Shown here in pieces: positions 39,462 through 48,735 of a stretch of DNA of 64,000 nucleotides (position 1 is its first letter; every line of letters starts with the position of its first letter). The notes under the pieces were generated by a model. That model did no database searches and was not told the DNA's origin. It saw nothing but the letters and a program-made list of their open reading frames with translations. Source of the DNA: Phycisphaeraceae bacterium. Its GTDB lineage: Bacteria > Planctomycetota > Phycisphaerae > Phycisphaerales > Phycisphaeraceae. The position numbers and the translations under genes are program-made. The stretch lies in assembly GCA_963674705.1 (NCBI GenBank), contig OY771506.1, forward strand, positions 160,001 to 224,000, read 5' to 3'.

Positions 39462-39932
39462 CTAATATACGACGCGTTTCCATGTGCCGGATTGAATCGT
39501 GCCTTCGCTGTCAATTGTGACTTCAAACGCGTACCTGGCATTACCCCAGATACCAACACTTGTGAGTACAACCGGATCGGTAGTATCGTCGGTCAGGTTG
39601 CCGTCATCCGGGTCGACACCGGTGACCGAAAAGGTGCCCGTACCCATCGTGATATTTTGATAGTTTCCATTATTGAGAGAAGTACGCCATGTGCTGCTCG
39701 TTTCGGTCTCAATGCGCCAGAGCATGTAGTCGATCCCTGAGCGCGCCAACTCACGGGCTTGCACACGATCGGCTGTATTCGTGACGCTGCGGCGTTGGAC
39801 CCTGGCAAGCATCAGCGATGACACACCGATCGCTGCCACAATCACGGACGCACCTAGCACGAGGATGTAGACGGATCCACGCTCTTGCACCGAGCGGCCG
39901 ACACGGCGATTGACTTTAGAGTTATGGCACAT
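39462..39932 (-). CDS. PilX-like minor pilin
   Basis: Basic leader ending RG|SVYILVLGASVIVAAIG (no Glu5); QARELARSGIDY; GGAGG RBS. Confidence 0.75.
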   Translation of the reverse strand: MCHNSKVNRRVGRSVQERGSVYILVLGASVIVAAIGVSSLMLARVQRRSVTNTADRVQARELARSGIDYMLWRIETETSSTWRTSLNNGNYQNITMGTGTFSVTGVDPDDGNLTDDTTDPVVLTSVGIWGNARYAFEVTIDSEGTIQSGTWKRVVY

Positions 39933-41088
39933 CCAGCGCCTCCTCCTTATCCGCAGCCCAAGCGATGGCACGCTTCATGAGCAACTTGCCGTCGTCATTC
40001 AACAGACTTCCATCAAAGCTACCGCCACCCCAGGGTAACTGAACGCGTCGGCCTGCGGCGACCCCACCGCCGAACAATCCGCGGCCGGTCTCGATCACAA
40101 CCAGCACATGTTCATCATCATGGTCGGTCTGTGCCAGAACATCGACACCTCCGCCAAGCCCGCCGATGATGCGTGAAAGTTCCGAGTTGGAAGAGAGAAT
40201 TTCGAGCTTGTCTACTGCAAAACCCTCGGTGATGAAGTGACTGTTATCTACAATGTAGACTTTTTTCTTATCATAGAGTTCGAAAGTATCCGTGAAGCCA
40301 AACTCATCATCCAAATAAGGCTCTTCACACACGACACCGATCGTCGCATCCAAGAGTTTTGTATTCAAATCACCTGAACTGATTGCTTCACAAACATAGA
40401 CCACGTCATTACGGGCCGCGGCGTCATCAAAGGCGGTCTGTGAATCAGAAGCTGTAATCGGTTCGACGACAAAGCCCCATGACTCCATTAATGTTTGGCG
40501 GAGTTGTTCCTGGCTGGTCAGTGAAGCTGAGTCTATTACGACCAATAGTACATTGACGACGGGCGTTTTGTCCGGCCAGCCACTGGTCCGCAAGGATGAT
40601 AACGTCGTGATCGGCTGGCCGTTGTGCGTCACCGTCACGTCGATCCGTTTAATCCCGTTGGCGCTGCCTGACGTGCTGTTCAGGTCGGCGGCATCCGCCC
40701 AGGTCACGGTGACTTTACGGCCCCACCCGTCCATGCCGGGCAAATCCGTGCCGTTTCGATCCTGAGGCGGGGTGCTGCTCCAGCCGTCGTAGTCATCGAC
40801 GTCATCCCAATCGGTGCGTACCGTGGCGTTCTCACCTTCCAGACCGAAGGTACCTGTGGTGGCAGGCTCCATGTAGTGCTGGTTGAGGATCTCGGTCATG
40901 AGGTCCTGGGCAAGCATCGGGCCCAGGGATTGTTCGGTATTGCGCATCTGTGAGAGCTTGGACGCCCCGAGTGTGTTCAATACCGCAACCAGCATCAATC
41001 CGACAACAAGGATCGACATCACCGCTTCGATAAGGGTGAAAGCCGTCGCCACGCGACGCGATGTAGATTTAGCGGTTGAGTATGTCAT
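39922..41088 (-). CDS. Minor pilin (PilV/MshD-like) with large C-terminal domain
   Basis: A|FTLIEAVMSILVVGLMLVAVL methylation motif; LAQDLMTEIL; WDDVDDYDG. Confidence 0.82.
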   Translation of the reverse strand: MTYSTAKSTSRRVATAFTLIEAVMSILVVGLMLVAVLNTLGASKLSQMRNTEQSLGPMLAQDLMTEILNQHYMEPATTGTFGLEGENATVRTDWDDVDDYDGWSSTPPQDRNGTDLPGMDGWGRKVTVTWADAADLNSTSGSANGIKRIDVTVTHNGQPITTLSSLRTSGWPDKTPVVNVLLVVIDSASLTSQEQLRQTLMESWGFVVEPITASDSQTAFDDAAARNDVVYVCEAISSGDLNTKLLDATIGVVCEEPYLDDEFGFTDTFELYDKKKVYIVDNSHFITEGFAVDKLEILSSNSELSRIIGGLGGGVDVLAQTDHDDEHVLVVIETGRGLFGGGVAAGRRVQLPWGGGSFDGSLLNDDGKLLMKRAIAWAADKEEALDVP

Positions 41089-42299
41089 GGCATTGCAGGC
41101 TGATTTAATACAACGACTGAAGACCGCGACTCCGAGGCCGAGTCGGTGTTAGGTGTTATAGTCATGGATACGGAACGCAGCAGGTTGCTGGTGGTGGTTG
41201 CTCCCGGCGTGGTGTACGTACCGTAGAGGTAGTAAACCATTGATTTGTTTTTATCTAAACTCCACGAGCTTCCTCCGTTAGAGGTCTTGTAGTAACCGCT
41301 GCCGCCATCATCGTCGTACATGGCATAGCAGGCTACATTGCCCGCCTGCCATTGCACGACCAACGCCACACATGAATCCGGCAGGAAACCCTTGACATTA
41401 CTGAAGGTGAAGCCTTGCCAGCTATATGAGATGGGGATGTTAATTTCGTTCATCGTTTGTGCTTCGATCACGATGTCGGTGGGTATGTCATCGGCCCCGA
41501 TCTGTCTCAACTGCACCTGGGCAATGCCATCGATGTTGTAGACTGACGGATCGATGTAGATGTATACACGCGTGGGCGACCACGTCAGGGCATCCTCCGG
41601 CAGGTTCTGCGGCATGAGGCACTGGCCGATCCAGTGGTCCTCATCAACCGTATAGTCTTTGCTTTTTGTCACAGAACCATGGCTGGCGAGGACGACCTCG
41701 GAGCTGGTAACCGGATCGCTGGTAACGGTGACTTCTTGTGTGTCGTAGATGAGTTCGAAGTTCTTAAGGTTGGGCGCGACTTCAAAGGCGGTGCCACCGT
41801 TATATTGGCGGAACAGCCCGTCTGCTGCGGAGCCGTTCCACTTATACTTGATGGTTTCATCCGAGCCATCGTTGTCACGGTCAGGGACCGTAAACTCGAT
41901 CCCGTTAGCCGAGGCCGCGAGGATTGCGGTAGCGACCTGCAATTCAGAGGCGATCTGTTCGAGTGTCTCACCGGCCTCAACGCCAAGAACGACCGGGCTA
42001 TCGGGTTCGGGGACAGCCTTTGCTGCAAGAATCATGACCGAGCCCATCGCGAGGAATACGATGGAAACGATCGTGAGACTGACAACCATCTCGATGAGGG
42101 TGAAGGCAAGCGTCCGTGGGGACATTCCGGTCCCCTCTCCTCTCGGCAGAGGGTTCGGGTGAGGGCTGGTTTGACTGATTGGCTTGGGACTGGGATTGGC
42201 CACCGAATCAAGATCGGCCCTCACCCCGGCCCTCTCCCGAGGGGAGATGGGGTTTAGCGCCGATGTCATGCACAGATCATGGGTATCGTGACGATTCAT
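41085..42299 (-). CDS. Minor pilin (PilW/GspJ-like); leader contains a palindromic repeat insertion
   Basis: A|FTLIEMVVSLTIVSIVFLAMG; the ATG at 42299 overlaps the upstream TGA (ATGA). Confidence 0.8.
   Translation of the reverse strand: MNRHDTHDLCMTSALNPISPRERAGVRADLDSVANPSPKPISQTSPHPNPLPRGEGTGMSPRTLAFTLIEMVVSLTIVSIVFLAMGSVMILAAKAVPEPDSPVVLGVEAGETLEQIASELQVATAILAASANGIEFTVPDRDNDGSDETIKYKWNGSAADGLFRQYNGGTAFEVAPNLKNFELIYDTQEVTVTSDPVTSSEVVLASHGSVTKSKDYTVDEDHWIGQCLMPQNLPEDALTWSPTRVYIYIDPSVYNIDGIAQVQLRQIGADDIPTDIVIEAQTMNEINIPISYSWQGFTFSNVKGFLPDSCVALVVQWQAGNVACYAMYDDDGGSGYYKTSNGGSSWSLDKNKSMVYYLYGTYTTPGATTTSNLLRSVSMTITPNTDSASESRSSVVVLNQPAMP
42133..42251. repeat. Inverted pair of CCCTCACCCC..CCCTCTCCC..GGGAGAGGG-type REP-like palindromes
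   Basis: 42133-42165 ccctctcctctcggcagagggttcgggtgaggg and 42218-42251 ccctcaccccggccctctcccgaggggagatggg, translating as PHPNPLPRGEG and SPRERAGVR. Confidence 0.8.
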
Positions 42300-42802
42300 T
42301 GTATCACCGCCTCGCCGGTATCGGCATCGAGTACGACGGTGCACGACTCTGAACCTGAGGTCAGGACAAGGCTGCCACCGGAATCCGGCATACCGAATCC
42401 ATCGAAAATGATAAAGGAATCACCTCCAAAGTCTGCCGTTACGATGTCTGCGTGATATGGAGCATAAGCCAAAAATGTTCGGGTATGAGCGTTGCTAGGA
42501 TCATCAGGATCTTGGATATTGCGCAACACAACAATGTCGTTTGATGGACGTATTTGCACGGTGATGCTGGTGCTGGTCGTTCGGGCATGTTCGCGAGCAA
42601 ACTCTAAATCTGCGATGACACGTCTTGCGGCAGCATCCGCACGGTATCGGGACTGCGCGCTGCTATACCGTGGAACAGCGATCGCAGCCATAATGGAGAT
42701 GATCGTTATGACCAGTATGAGTTCGATCAGGCTGAAAGCTGACCGAGAGGTACGACGTCTGTGTACCAGGCAGATACTCGGAATGCCCCGGGATGGTTGC
42801 AT
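42296..42802 (-). CDS. FimT/GspH-like minor pilin
   Basis: A|FSLIELILVITIISIMAAIAVPRY; ADLEFAREHA; IIFDGFG. Confidence 0.85.
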   Translation of the reverse strand: MQPSRGIPSICLVHRRRTSRSAFSLIELILVITIISIMAAIAVPRYSSAQSRYRADAAARRVIADLEFAREHARTTSTSITVQIRPSNDIVVLRNIQDPDDPSNAHTRTFLAYAPYHADIVTADFGGDSFIIFDGFGMPDSGGSLVLTSGSESCTVVLDADTGEAVIQ

Positions 42803-42804
42803 GG

Positions 42805-43347
42805 TCAGTCCTTCACCAGGTCGTCCCGCACCAATTCGGTTGCGTTGATAACGTTCGTCACGATCGTCTCATCGGTTGCGCCGTCGGTTCGTCGGATGTT
42901 CGGCCGGATGATTCCCTTGCCGGGGTAATAGAGCCAACCGACATCAGCCGCATCACTGGTAGCAATTTTGGTATTACCTTTGCGTGCCCCCATAGATATT
43001 GGCGGGATGGTTCGCAGATAGGGACCGTAAGGGACTTCAGTGTCACCGGAGGACCAGAGCGTACCATCCTGTTTGGTTTTGCTGGTCAGTTGTTGTTCGA
43101 TACCTGCCAGTGTGGGGTATGAACCGTCATGCTCGGCCGCGTAGAGATCGAGTGCTTTATTGATCGTGTTAAGGTTATTCACCAAAGCATTGATCGAAGC
43201 CCCCTGGCTGCCACGGCTCAATCGGGGCACTGCAACCGCGCCGATGATCCCGATGATGACCACGACAATCACCAGCTCGATCAGGCTGAAGGCCCGAGAT
43301 CGTTGCGTGCCGTATTGGTGTGTCTTGAGCATCATGAAACGGTTCAC
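42805..43347 (-). CDS. GspG/PilA-like pilin paralog 3
   Basis: A|FSLIELVIVVVIIGIIGAVAVPRL; YGPYLRTIP; GWLY; start uncertain. Confidence 0.88.
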   Translation of the reverse strand: MNRFMMLKTHQYGTQRSRAFSLIELVIVVVIIGIIGAVAVPRLSRGSQGASINALVNNLNTINKALDLYAAEHDGSYPTLAGIEQQLTSKTKQDGTLWSSGDTEVPYGPYLRTIPPISMGARKGNTKIATSDAADVGWLYYPGKGIIRPNIRRTDGATDETIVTNVINATELVRDDLVKD

Positions 43348-43354
43348 AATCAGT

Positions 43355-43386
43355 AAAAAACCCGGCGTGCAATGATGCCTGCCGGG
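43355..43386 (-). terminator. Intrinsic terminator after the two upstream pilin genes
   Basis: Minus strand CCCGGC-N14-GCCGGG followed by T6. Confidence 0.65.
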
Positions 43387-43439
43387 CTGTGTACTTACTC
43401 AATCGGCCTGTTAACTACCGGCACGCAATCGTCCTGAGC

Positions 43440-43931
43440 TTAGTAAGTGTTGTACGGGACATTGGCGGCGTCTGTCTCGGAGTCCTTACAATTGGCTTTC
43501 ACATCACCGGTGGATTCGCTGTAGTACCAGCCTCCGGCGGCGGTTGTTGCTGCGGGCAATACACCGGTGAATTCCGTTTGACCCTTATTAGCCCCTACCG
43601 GAAGTTTGGGTATTGCACGCAGGTACGGCCCGTATATGTGTGTCGCGTCCTTGGTCGCCGAGAAGTCGTCACCGGCAGCGTTGGAGTATTGAAGCAGTGG
43701 ATCGGGCATATCGGCTCCGATCGGGTACTTCCCGCCGTGTTCCGCTGCGTAGTGCTCGATGGCATCTCGCAAGACGGTCAGGTTCGCGGTCAGCGCCGAA
43801 TCGGCGGCGCCCTCTGCCCCGCGGCTCATGCGGGGGACTGCTATCGCTCCAATGATCCCAATGATGACCACCACGATCACCAACTCGATCAGGCTGAACC
43901 CCCGGCCTGAACGAACCATCCGACACAACAT
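43440..43931 (-). CDS. GspG/PilA-like pilin paralog 2
   Basis: G|FSLIELVIVVVIIGIIGAIAVPRM; YGPYLRAIPKLPVGANKG; GWYY; AAGGAG RBS before the ATG at 43931. Confidence 0.9.
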   Translation of the reverse strand: MLCRMVRSGRGFSLIELVIVVVIIGIIGAIAVPRMSRGAEGAADSALTANLTVLRDAIEHYAAEHGGKYPIGADMPDPLLQYSNAAGDDFSATKDATHIYGPYLRAIPKLPVGANKGQTEFTGVLPAATTAAGGWYYSESTGDVKANCKDSETDAANVPYNTY

Positions 43932-43998
43932 ACGAGGCTCCTTCTCCATGCCGACGCGTTATACGGAAGGGTCAGCATACACCTCCGCCCCGTTGTGC

Positions 43999-44496
43999 TT
44001 AATAATCATTGTAGGCGACGTTGGACTCGTCGGTTTCGGAATCCTTGCAGTTAGCCAGGATGGTGCCGGTCGTTTCGTCGTAGTACCAACCGGCCGATGC
44101 GGCTGTGGCAGCCGGGGCCGTACTGGTGAAGGTCGCCAGGCCTTTATTTGCACCCACCGGGAGCTTGGGGACCGCACGGATGTACGGGCCATAGATCGCG
44201 GTGACGGTCTTGGTGGCCGAGACAGTACCGCTGGAATCGGTGTACTGCAGCAGAGCATTAGGCATATTAGCCAATGTCGGGTAGTCGCCTGCATGCTCGG
44301 TGGAGTACAGGTCCAGCGCGTTGCGCAGGACGGTAAGGTTGGCGGTGACGGCCGAGTCAGCCGCACCCTTGGCGCCACGGCTCATACGGGGAACGGCGAT
44401 AGCGCCGATAATCCCGATGATAACCACGACGATGACCAATTCGATCAGACTGAAACCTAGAGTGCCTGGACGTTTGATTTTGCGTGCCGCTTGCAT
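43999..44496 (-). CDS. GspG/PilA-like pilin paralog 1 (candidate major pilin)
   Basis: G|FSLIELVIVVVIIGIIGAIAVPRM; AGGAG RBS; own candidate promoter upstream. Confidence 0.9.
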   Translation of the reverse strand: MQAARKIKRPGTLGFSLIELVIVVVIIGIIGAIAVPRMSRGAKGAADSAVTANLTVLRNALDLYSTEHAGDYPTLANMPNALLQYTDSSGTVSATKTVTAIYGPYIRAVPKLPVGANKGLATFTSTAPAATAASAGWYYDETTGTILANCKDSETDESNVAYNDY

Positions 44497-44567
44497 CTGT
44501 AATTCTCCTGGATAGTACCTGCCCCGGATTCTTGTACCGGGTCCTTATTCAAAAATAGAATCGGCAC

Positions 44568-44595
44568 AAAAAAACCTCCACGTAAGCGCGGAGGT
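44568..44595 (-). terminator. Intrinsic terminator ending the assembly-machinery transcript
   Basis: Minus strand ACCTCCGCG-CTTA-CGTGGAGGT followed by a T run. Confidence 0.75.
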
Positions 44596-44650
44596 CATAT
44601 ATGAGGTATGTATCAACTGATTTTTGCAAAAAGATATTAATCTGTAACGG

Positions 44651-45214
44651 TTATGAGGGCTCACCGACTGCTGCATCGGAGTGAATGGTAAGACTAACTC
44701 GAAAACCGTTTGCTTCAAAGTCAGCCGAACGCTCATGAACAGCAATCAATTGCAGGCCCTTGTAATGCTGGCCTAGATAAATCGTCTGGCCGTTGACGAC
44801 CGCATAACTACGCGAGCCCGTGAGCAGGACAGCATCCAGGCGGCTATCGCGCTTGAAAGCCTCCAGGGCCCTGCGTGCACTTTCACCGTTCTGAGGCAGC
44901 AGATCCGATCCTGAAGCCTGCCATTGAGCAGGCACGGCAAACGCATCGCGGGGAGTATTGGCTTCTGATTGTCTTGTGGATGTCGTCTGACGCAGACGAT
45001 CGGCCAAGGAGACCTTCGGGGTGCTTGAGACCTGAGCTACGGCGCTTGGTTCGATAAGTAGCGCAGCCGGGTCCGGTTCAAACTCGATAATGCCGGCAGC
45101 GGATTCCGATGGCCCGGTAACATCAGAGCCTAGCACAAACCGGTCGATTGCCAGGCCCAGGCCTGCAATGCCCAGTACGGCGATCAAGATGTTTCTTTCC
45201 CTGGAGCTTTTCAT
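44651..45214 (-). CDS. MshK/GspB-like bitopic assembly protein
   Basis: N-terminal TM; RDAF motif; LDAVLL...AVVNGQTIYLGQ small beta domain; follows pilO. Confidence 0.6.
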   Translation of the reverse strand: MKSSRERNILIAVLGIAGLGLAIDRFVLGSDVTGPSESAAGIIEFEPDPAALLIEPSAVAQVSSTPKVSLADRLRQTTSTRQSEANTPRDAFAVPAQWQASGSDLLPQNGESARRALEAFKRDSRLDAVLLTGSRSYAVVNGQTIYLGQHYKGLQLIAVHERSADFEANGFRVSLTIHSDAAVGEPS

Positions 45215-45259
45215 ACTCCAAGCGAACGATATAAGCGAGAAGCGGTCAAGCGCGAAGTG

Positions 45260-45832
45260 TCAATTTTCTACCATACCCATGGCGGGCAGGGTATACCAGG
45301 CTAGTCCGATATCAAAGCTCGCCGAGTTGCCCTGGGATACTTTAGCACTCAGATCAAACTCGATGACCGCGATATCAGCAAAGTTGTCGTGCACTTCCTG
45401 CATGAACTGTGTCACTTTCTTGTAATCACCGGCGCCGGATAATGCAATCGGCACGATGTCGTAACGCTCGCCGGAGCGTATCGTATCCGGCAATATCTGG
45501 TGGACTTCCAAGCCTATAGTCGAAGCCAATTCCGCCAAACTGGACAGTCGCTTGTTGACCTGCGAAGAGGATTCCAGTCTCAGCGACAGGCCCTGTAGCT
45601 CTAACTTCGTACTTTCCATCGATTCCTGCAATGCGACCAACGAAGCGCGTTCACTCTGGACCTGATTGCTCAGTTCAGTTACCTGGGGATGTAATTCCAT
45701 ATAAGCCTGTCGGCTGTCGATCGACGGGCGGATCAATGTGTAAAAGCCCAGCGCTGTCATGGCCGCACATATTGCCAGGCCGCACAGGTCAATCTTCCAC
45801 CATCGTGCGTGAGTGTGGATGTTGCTTTTCAT
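45260..45832 (-). CDS. pilO: Type IV pilus assembly protein PilO-like
   Basis: TM, coiled coil and VPIALSGAGDYKKVTQFM; position after pilN. Confidence 0.75.
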   Translation of the reverse strand: MKSNIHTHARWWKIDLCGLAICAAMTALGFYTLIRPSIDSRQAYMELHPQVTELSNQVQSERASLVALQESMESTKLELQGLSLRLESSSQVNKRLSSLAELASTIGLEVHQILPDTIRSGERYDIVPIALSGAGDYKKVTQFMQEVHDNFADIAVIEFDLSAKVSQGNSASFDIGLAWYTLPAMGMVEN

Positions 45833-46434
45833 AATCCACCTCCGTTCGCCGGTGGCATCGAGCACTTGACTTCAAAGGCAATCGCCTGTGACTTCAGGAA
45901 AGGCTCACGATTTGTTCGGGTGAGTTTGACCCTCTCAAACAAGCCCATCTCTTCCAGCCGTAAGACAAACTTGGACATATCCGGTGCGGTCTGTGCGTAG
46001 CCTGAAAGTGTGAGAACCAATGGTGTATTATTGACTTTTAAAGCATCCTGCTGCTTATCATCCGGGGCCAGGGTACATTCGACCAGAACGACATTATCAC
46101 CCAGCACTTCATCGGCCAGGTAAGTCAGCAGTAAACTCCAATCAGGTTGATCTGTGATCGATCGGCCTGCGGAAAGGATCAGTTGCAGTTCTTTGAGATC
46201 GGGCCGTATACTTTGCTGTTTCTGTTGCAGTTCAGCCAAGGTCAATTGGTAATCTGATATATCCTGATGCATAGCGTCCATGTTGTAAGACACGGACAGG
46301 CCACGATAGAACAAACATCCGATCAAAACCAGTGACGAATAGCCGACGACAGCAGTGATCCATAAGCGGATACGGTTGTTCCGCTGCCGGGCAAGGCGTC
46401 TATGAGTTGGTATGAGATTGATTTGATCCATCAC
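45829..46434 (-). CDS. pilN: Type IV pilus assembly protein PilN-like
   Basis: INLIP motif, TM, coiled coil and LSGYA...FVLRLE..LFERV. Confidence 0.82.
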   Translation of the reverse strand: MMDQINLIPTHRRLARQRNNRIRLWITAVVGYSSLVLIGCLFYRGLSVSYNMDAMHQDISDYQLTLAELQQKQQSIRPDLKELQLILSAGRSITDQPDWSLLLTYLADEVLGDNVVLVECTLAPDDKQQDALKVNNTPLVLTLSGYAQTAPDMSKFVLRLEEMGLFERVKLTRTNREPFLKSQAIAFEVKCSMPPANGGGL

Positions 46435-46435
46435 A

Positions 46436-47482
46436 TTACCCCTGGCCTACGTATCCAGCTAAACCAAGCGCCGCGGTCATCAATGCCTGATCGGGCAACA
46501 GCTTGCCGGTCTGTGCTGATATTACTTCAGCACTCATGCTGTTGTTCAGATACTCGGCTACACCGGACACACATGCGCCGCCACCCGTCAGAACAATCCG
46601 GTGTGTATCCGTATCGGAGAACTCGTGCTCGGCGTACTCAAAGGAAGCAATCAGTTCAGTGGCCACCTCGTCCAGAAAAGCTGATATCACCGGGCGCAAA
46701 ACAGATGCCGCCGCGCTGATACGCGAATCCTGTTGTTCTGGAGCGTCAAGACCGGTGCTTATTCCGACGTTTTGCAGTAAAGCATCGGCTTCGGCAAGTT
46801 CCAGCCCCAGGACCTTGCTGACCTGATTCAGCAGCGATCCAAGACCACAACCATTTAACACGCGCTCGAATACGACTACTTCGCTATGTACCAATGCAAG
46901 CCTTGCAGCCCCCCAGCCCATATCGAGTAAAGCGGAGACACTGTTGGCAGGCCCGAGCATCCCCAGACTCGCCTTGACGGCTGAGCACAATCCCGAATCC
47001 ATCACAGCAACATCAAAACCGGCGCCCGCGAAGGTATCGAGGATAGGCTCGCTGTCAGAATACGCACATCCTATTGCCATGATCTTAGTTGAGGAAGATC
47101 TTTGTCGTTTGGGTACATCCCACCAGGCCATTTCAAAATGACCCGGCTCAAGACATTGAAGACGCGCAAATTCCTTGGCGGCGATCACGTTGTATGGTGC
47201 GCCGGATTCCCGCGGCGGCATGTCAATGATGGATGACATTAATCGTTCTGCCGGTGGCGAAAGCACAATCGTTCGGCCGACAAATCCCTGCTGCGCAAGG
47301 ACACGTGCTAATCGTGTGGCCTCGTCGGTGGAAATCTTAGGATCATCGCCCGACCGTCCAAACGAAGCATACGCACCGACGGAGGTCTTGCCATGCTTAT
47401 GCCGTAATTGGACGGCCTTGATCATCCGTGTTCCGATATCCACCCCGATCGGTGGGTTCGTGTATCTTTGTAACAGACTCAT
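46436..47482 (-). CDS. pilM: Type IV pilus assembly protein PilM (actin-like)
   Basis: IGVDIGTRMIKAVQL, LDMG, LTGGGA and ALGLA. Confidence 0.88.
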   Translation of the reverse strand: MSLLQRYTNPPIGVDIGTRMIKAVQLRHKHGKTSVGAYASFGRSGDDPKISTDEATRLARVLAQQGFVGRTIVLSPPAERLMSSIIDMPPRESGAPYNVIAAKEFARLQCLEPGHFEMAWWDVPKRQRSSSTKIMAIGCAYSDSEPILDTFAGAGFDVAVMDSGLCSAVKASLGMLGPANSVSALLDMGWGAARLALVHSEVVVFERVLNGCGLGSLLNQVSKVLGLELAEADALLQNVGISTGLDAPEQQDSRISAAASVLRPVISAFLDEVATELIASFEYAEHEFSDTDTHRIVLTGGGACVSGVAEYLNNSMSAEVISAQTGKLLPDQALMTAALGLAGYVGQG

Positions 47483-48702
47483 TTTGGCCCCCCCGCTGAC
47501 ATAGCAGTCAGATCGAACAATGGTAGGAAGATACTTAGAGCCATAAAACCGACCAGTACACCCATCCCCAGCAAGATCATGGGCTCGAGCACACCGGTCA
47601 GTGATTTGATCAACACTTCGTTTTCTTCATCGAGCATGTCAGACATGGTCAATAGTGATGGTGCGACCTTGCCGGATGATTCGCCGCTGCGCATCGCTTC
47701 ACTTACTGAAGGCGTAATAAGATCAGACGAGGTGAAAGCGGTGCTGATGGGTTCACCGTGAGTGACCGCTTCACGCGCCTGATCCAGCAACCTCCGGTAA
47801 TGGACGTTGGTTGTGCCGTTCCGGATAAGGTCCAACACCTCCAACAGCGGAAGATGGCTATCCATGAGCACACCCAGCAAACGGGCGATGCGTGCGGTCG
47901 CGAAACTGCGTGTTACTTTGCCAACCATAGGTAATGTGAGCATCGCTGTATAAACTGTTTGTTTACCGTGGCTAGACTTAAGCCAATAAAACCCGCCCAC
48001 AACAGTGATGGCAATGACAATCAGGATCGCCCACCAATAGCTGATAAGCGTTCCACTGAGGAACATCAAAAACTGGGTCGTTGGCGGCAAAGGCAGATCG
48101 AGGGTATCAAACAGGTCTGCAAACCGTGGCAGCACGATCGTAAGCATCAGGCAGAGAACAACAACCGCCACGACCACAAGCAGGCTCGGATAAACCAAAG
48201 CACCGACCACCGTGTTACGTGTCTGCAACTGTTTGCGAGTGAGTTGTGTCAATCGCTCAAGCATCACCGATAACTTGCCTGATGTTTCACCAGCAGCAAC
48301 GAGGTTGCGGTAGATAGGATCAAACCGCTGTGGATAATCCTTCATCGCTTCGGAAAGCGGGATACCCTCCTCGACGCGTGAAGCAAGACCCGCGATGGTT
48401 TCACGCCAGATAATACTGTCTGCCTGACGGTGCAGGGCATTGAGCGATTGCACGATCGGTGTACCCGTGGCAAGCATAACCTGAAGCTGACGGGTGAATA
48501 AGGTGAGTCCCTTGACACCAGATCCCCCCCGGCTGCCTTTTCTACGTTTGGTTTTGCTTGCCCCACCGGTCACTTTGCTGATCGAGGTGACATACAGACC
48601 TTTATTACGCAACAGGCTCGATGCTTCAGCAGTGCTGGTCGCATCGATGACATCGTGTACTGCCTTGCCGTTGCTGTCGTATCCCTGATAAGCGAGTTTC
48701 AT
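47479..48702 (-). CDS. PilC/GspF platform protein
   Basis: FTRQL..G.PI, AGETSGKL, ALVYP, GESSGK and LEPMI...SIFLPLF. Confidence 0.95.
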   Translation of the reverse strand: MKLAYQGYDSNGKAVHDVIDATSTAEASSLLRNKGLYVTSISKVTGGASKTKRRKGSRGGSGVKGLTLFTRQLQVMLATGTPIVQSLNALHRQADSIIWRETIAGLASRVEEGIPLSEAMKDYPQRFDPIYRNLVAAGETSGKLSVMLERLTQLTRKQLQTRNTVVGALVYPSLLVVVAVVVLCLMLTIVLPRFADLFDTLDLPLPPTTQFLMFLSGTLISYWWAILIVIAITVVGGFYWLKSSHGKQTVYTAMLTLPMVGKVTRSFATARIARLLGVLMDSHLPLLEVLDLIRNGTTNVHYRRLLDQAREAVTHGEPISTAFTSSDLITPSVSEAMRSGESSGKVAPSLLTMSDMLDEENEVLIKSLTGVLEPMILLGMGVLVGFMALSIFLPLFDLTAMSAGGPK

Positions 48703-48735
48703 GGTTATACCGCTTTACGATCTTGTTGCTCTTTG

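Noticed and set aside
43240..44460. Neisseria-type silent pilin cassettes or shufflon
   Set aside because: All three pilins are full length with their own leaders, and no invertase or flanking recombination sites are visible.
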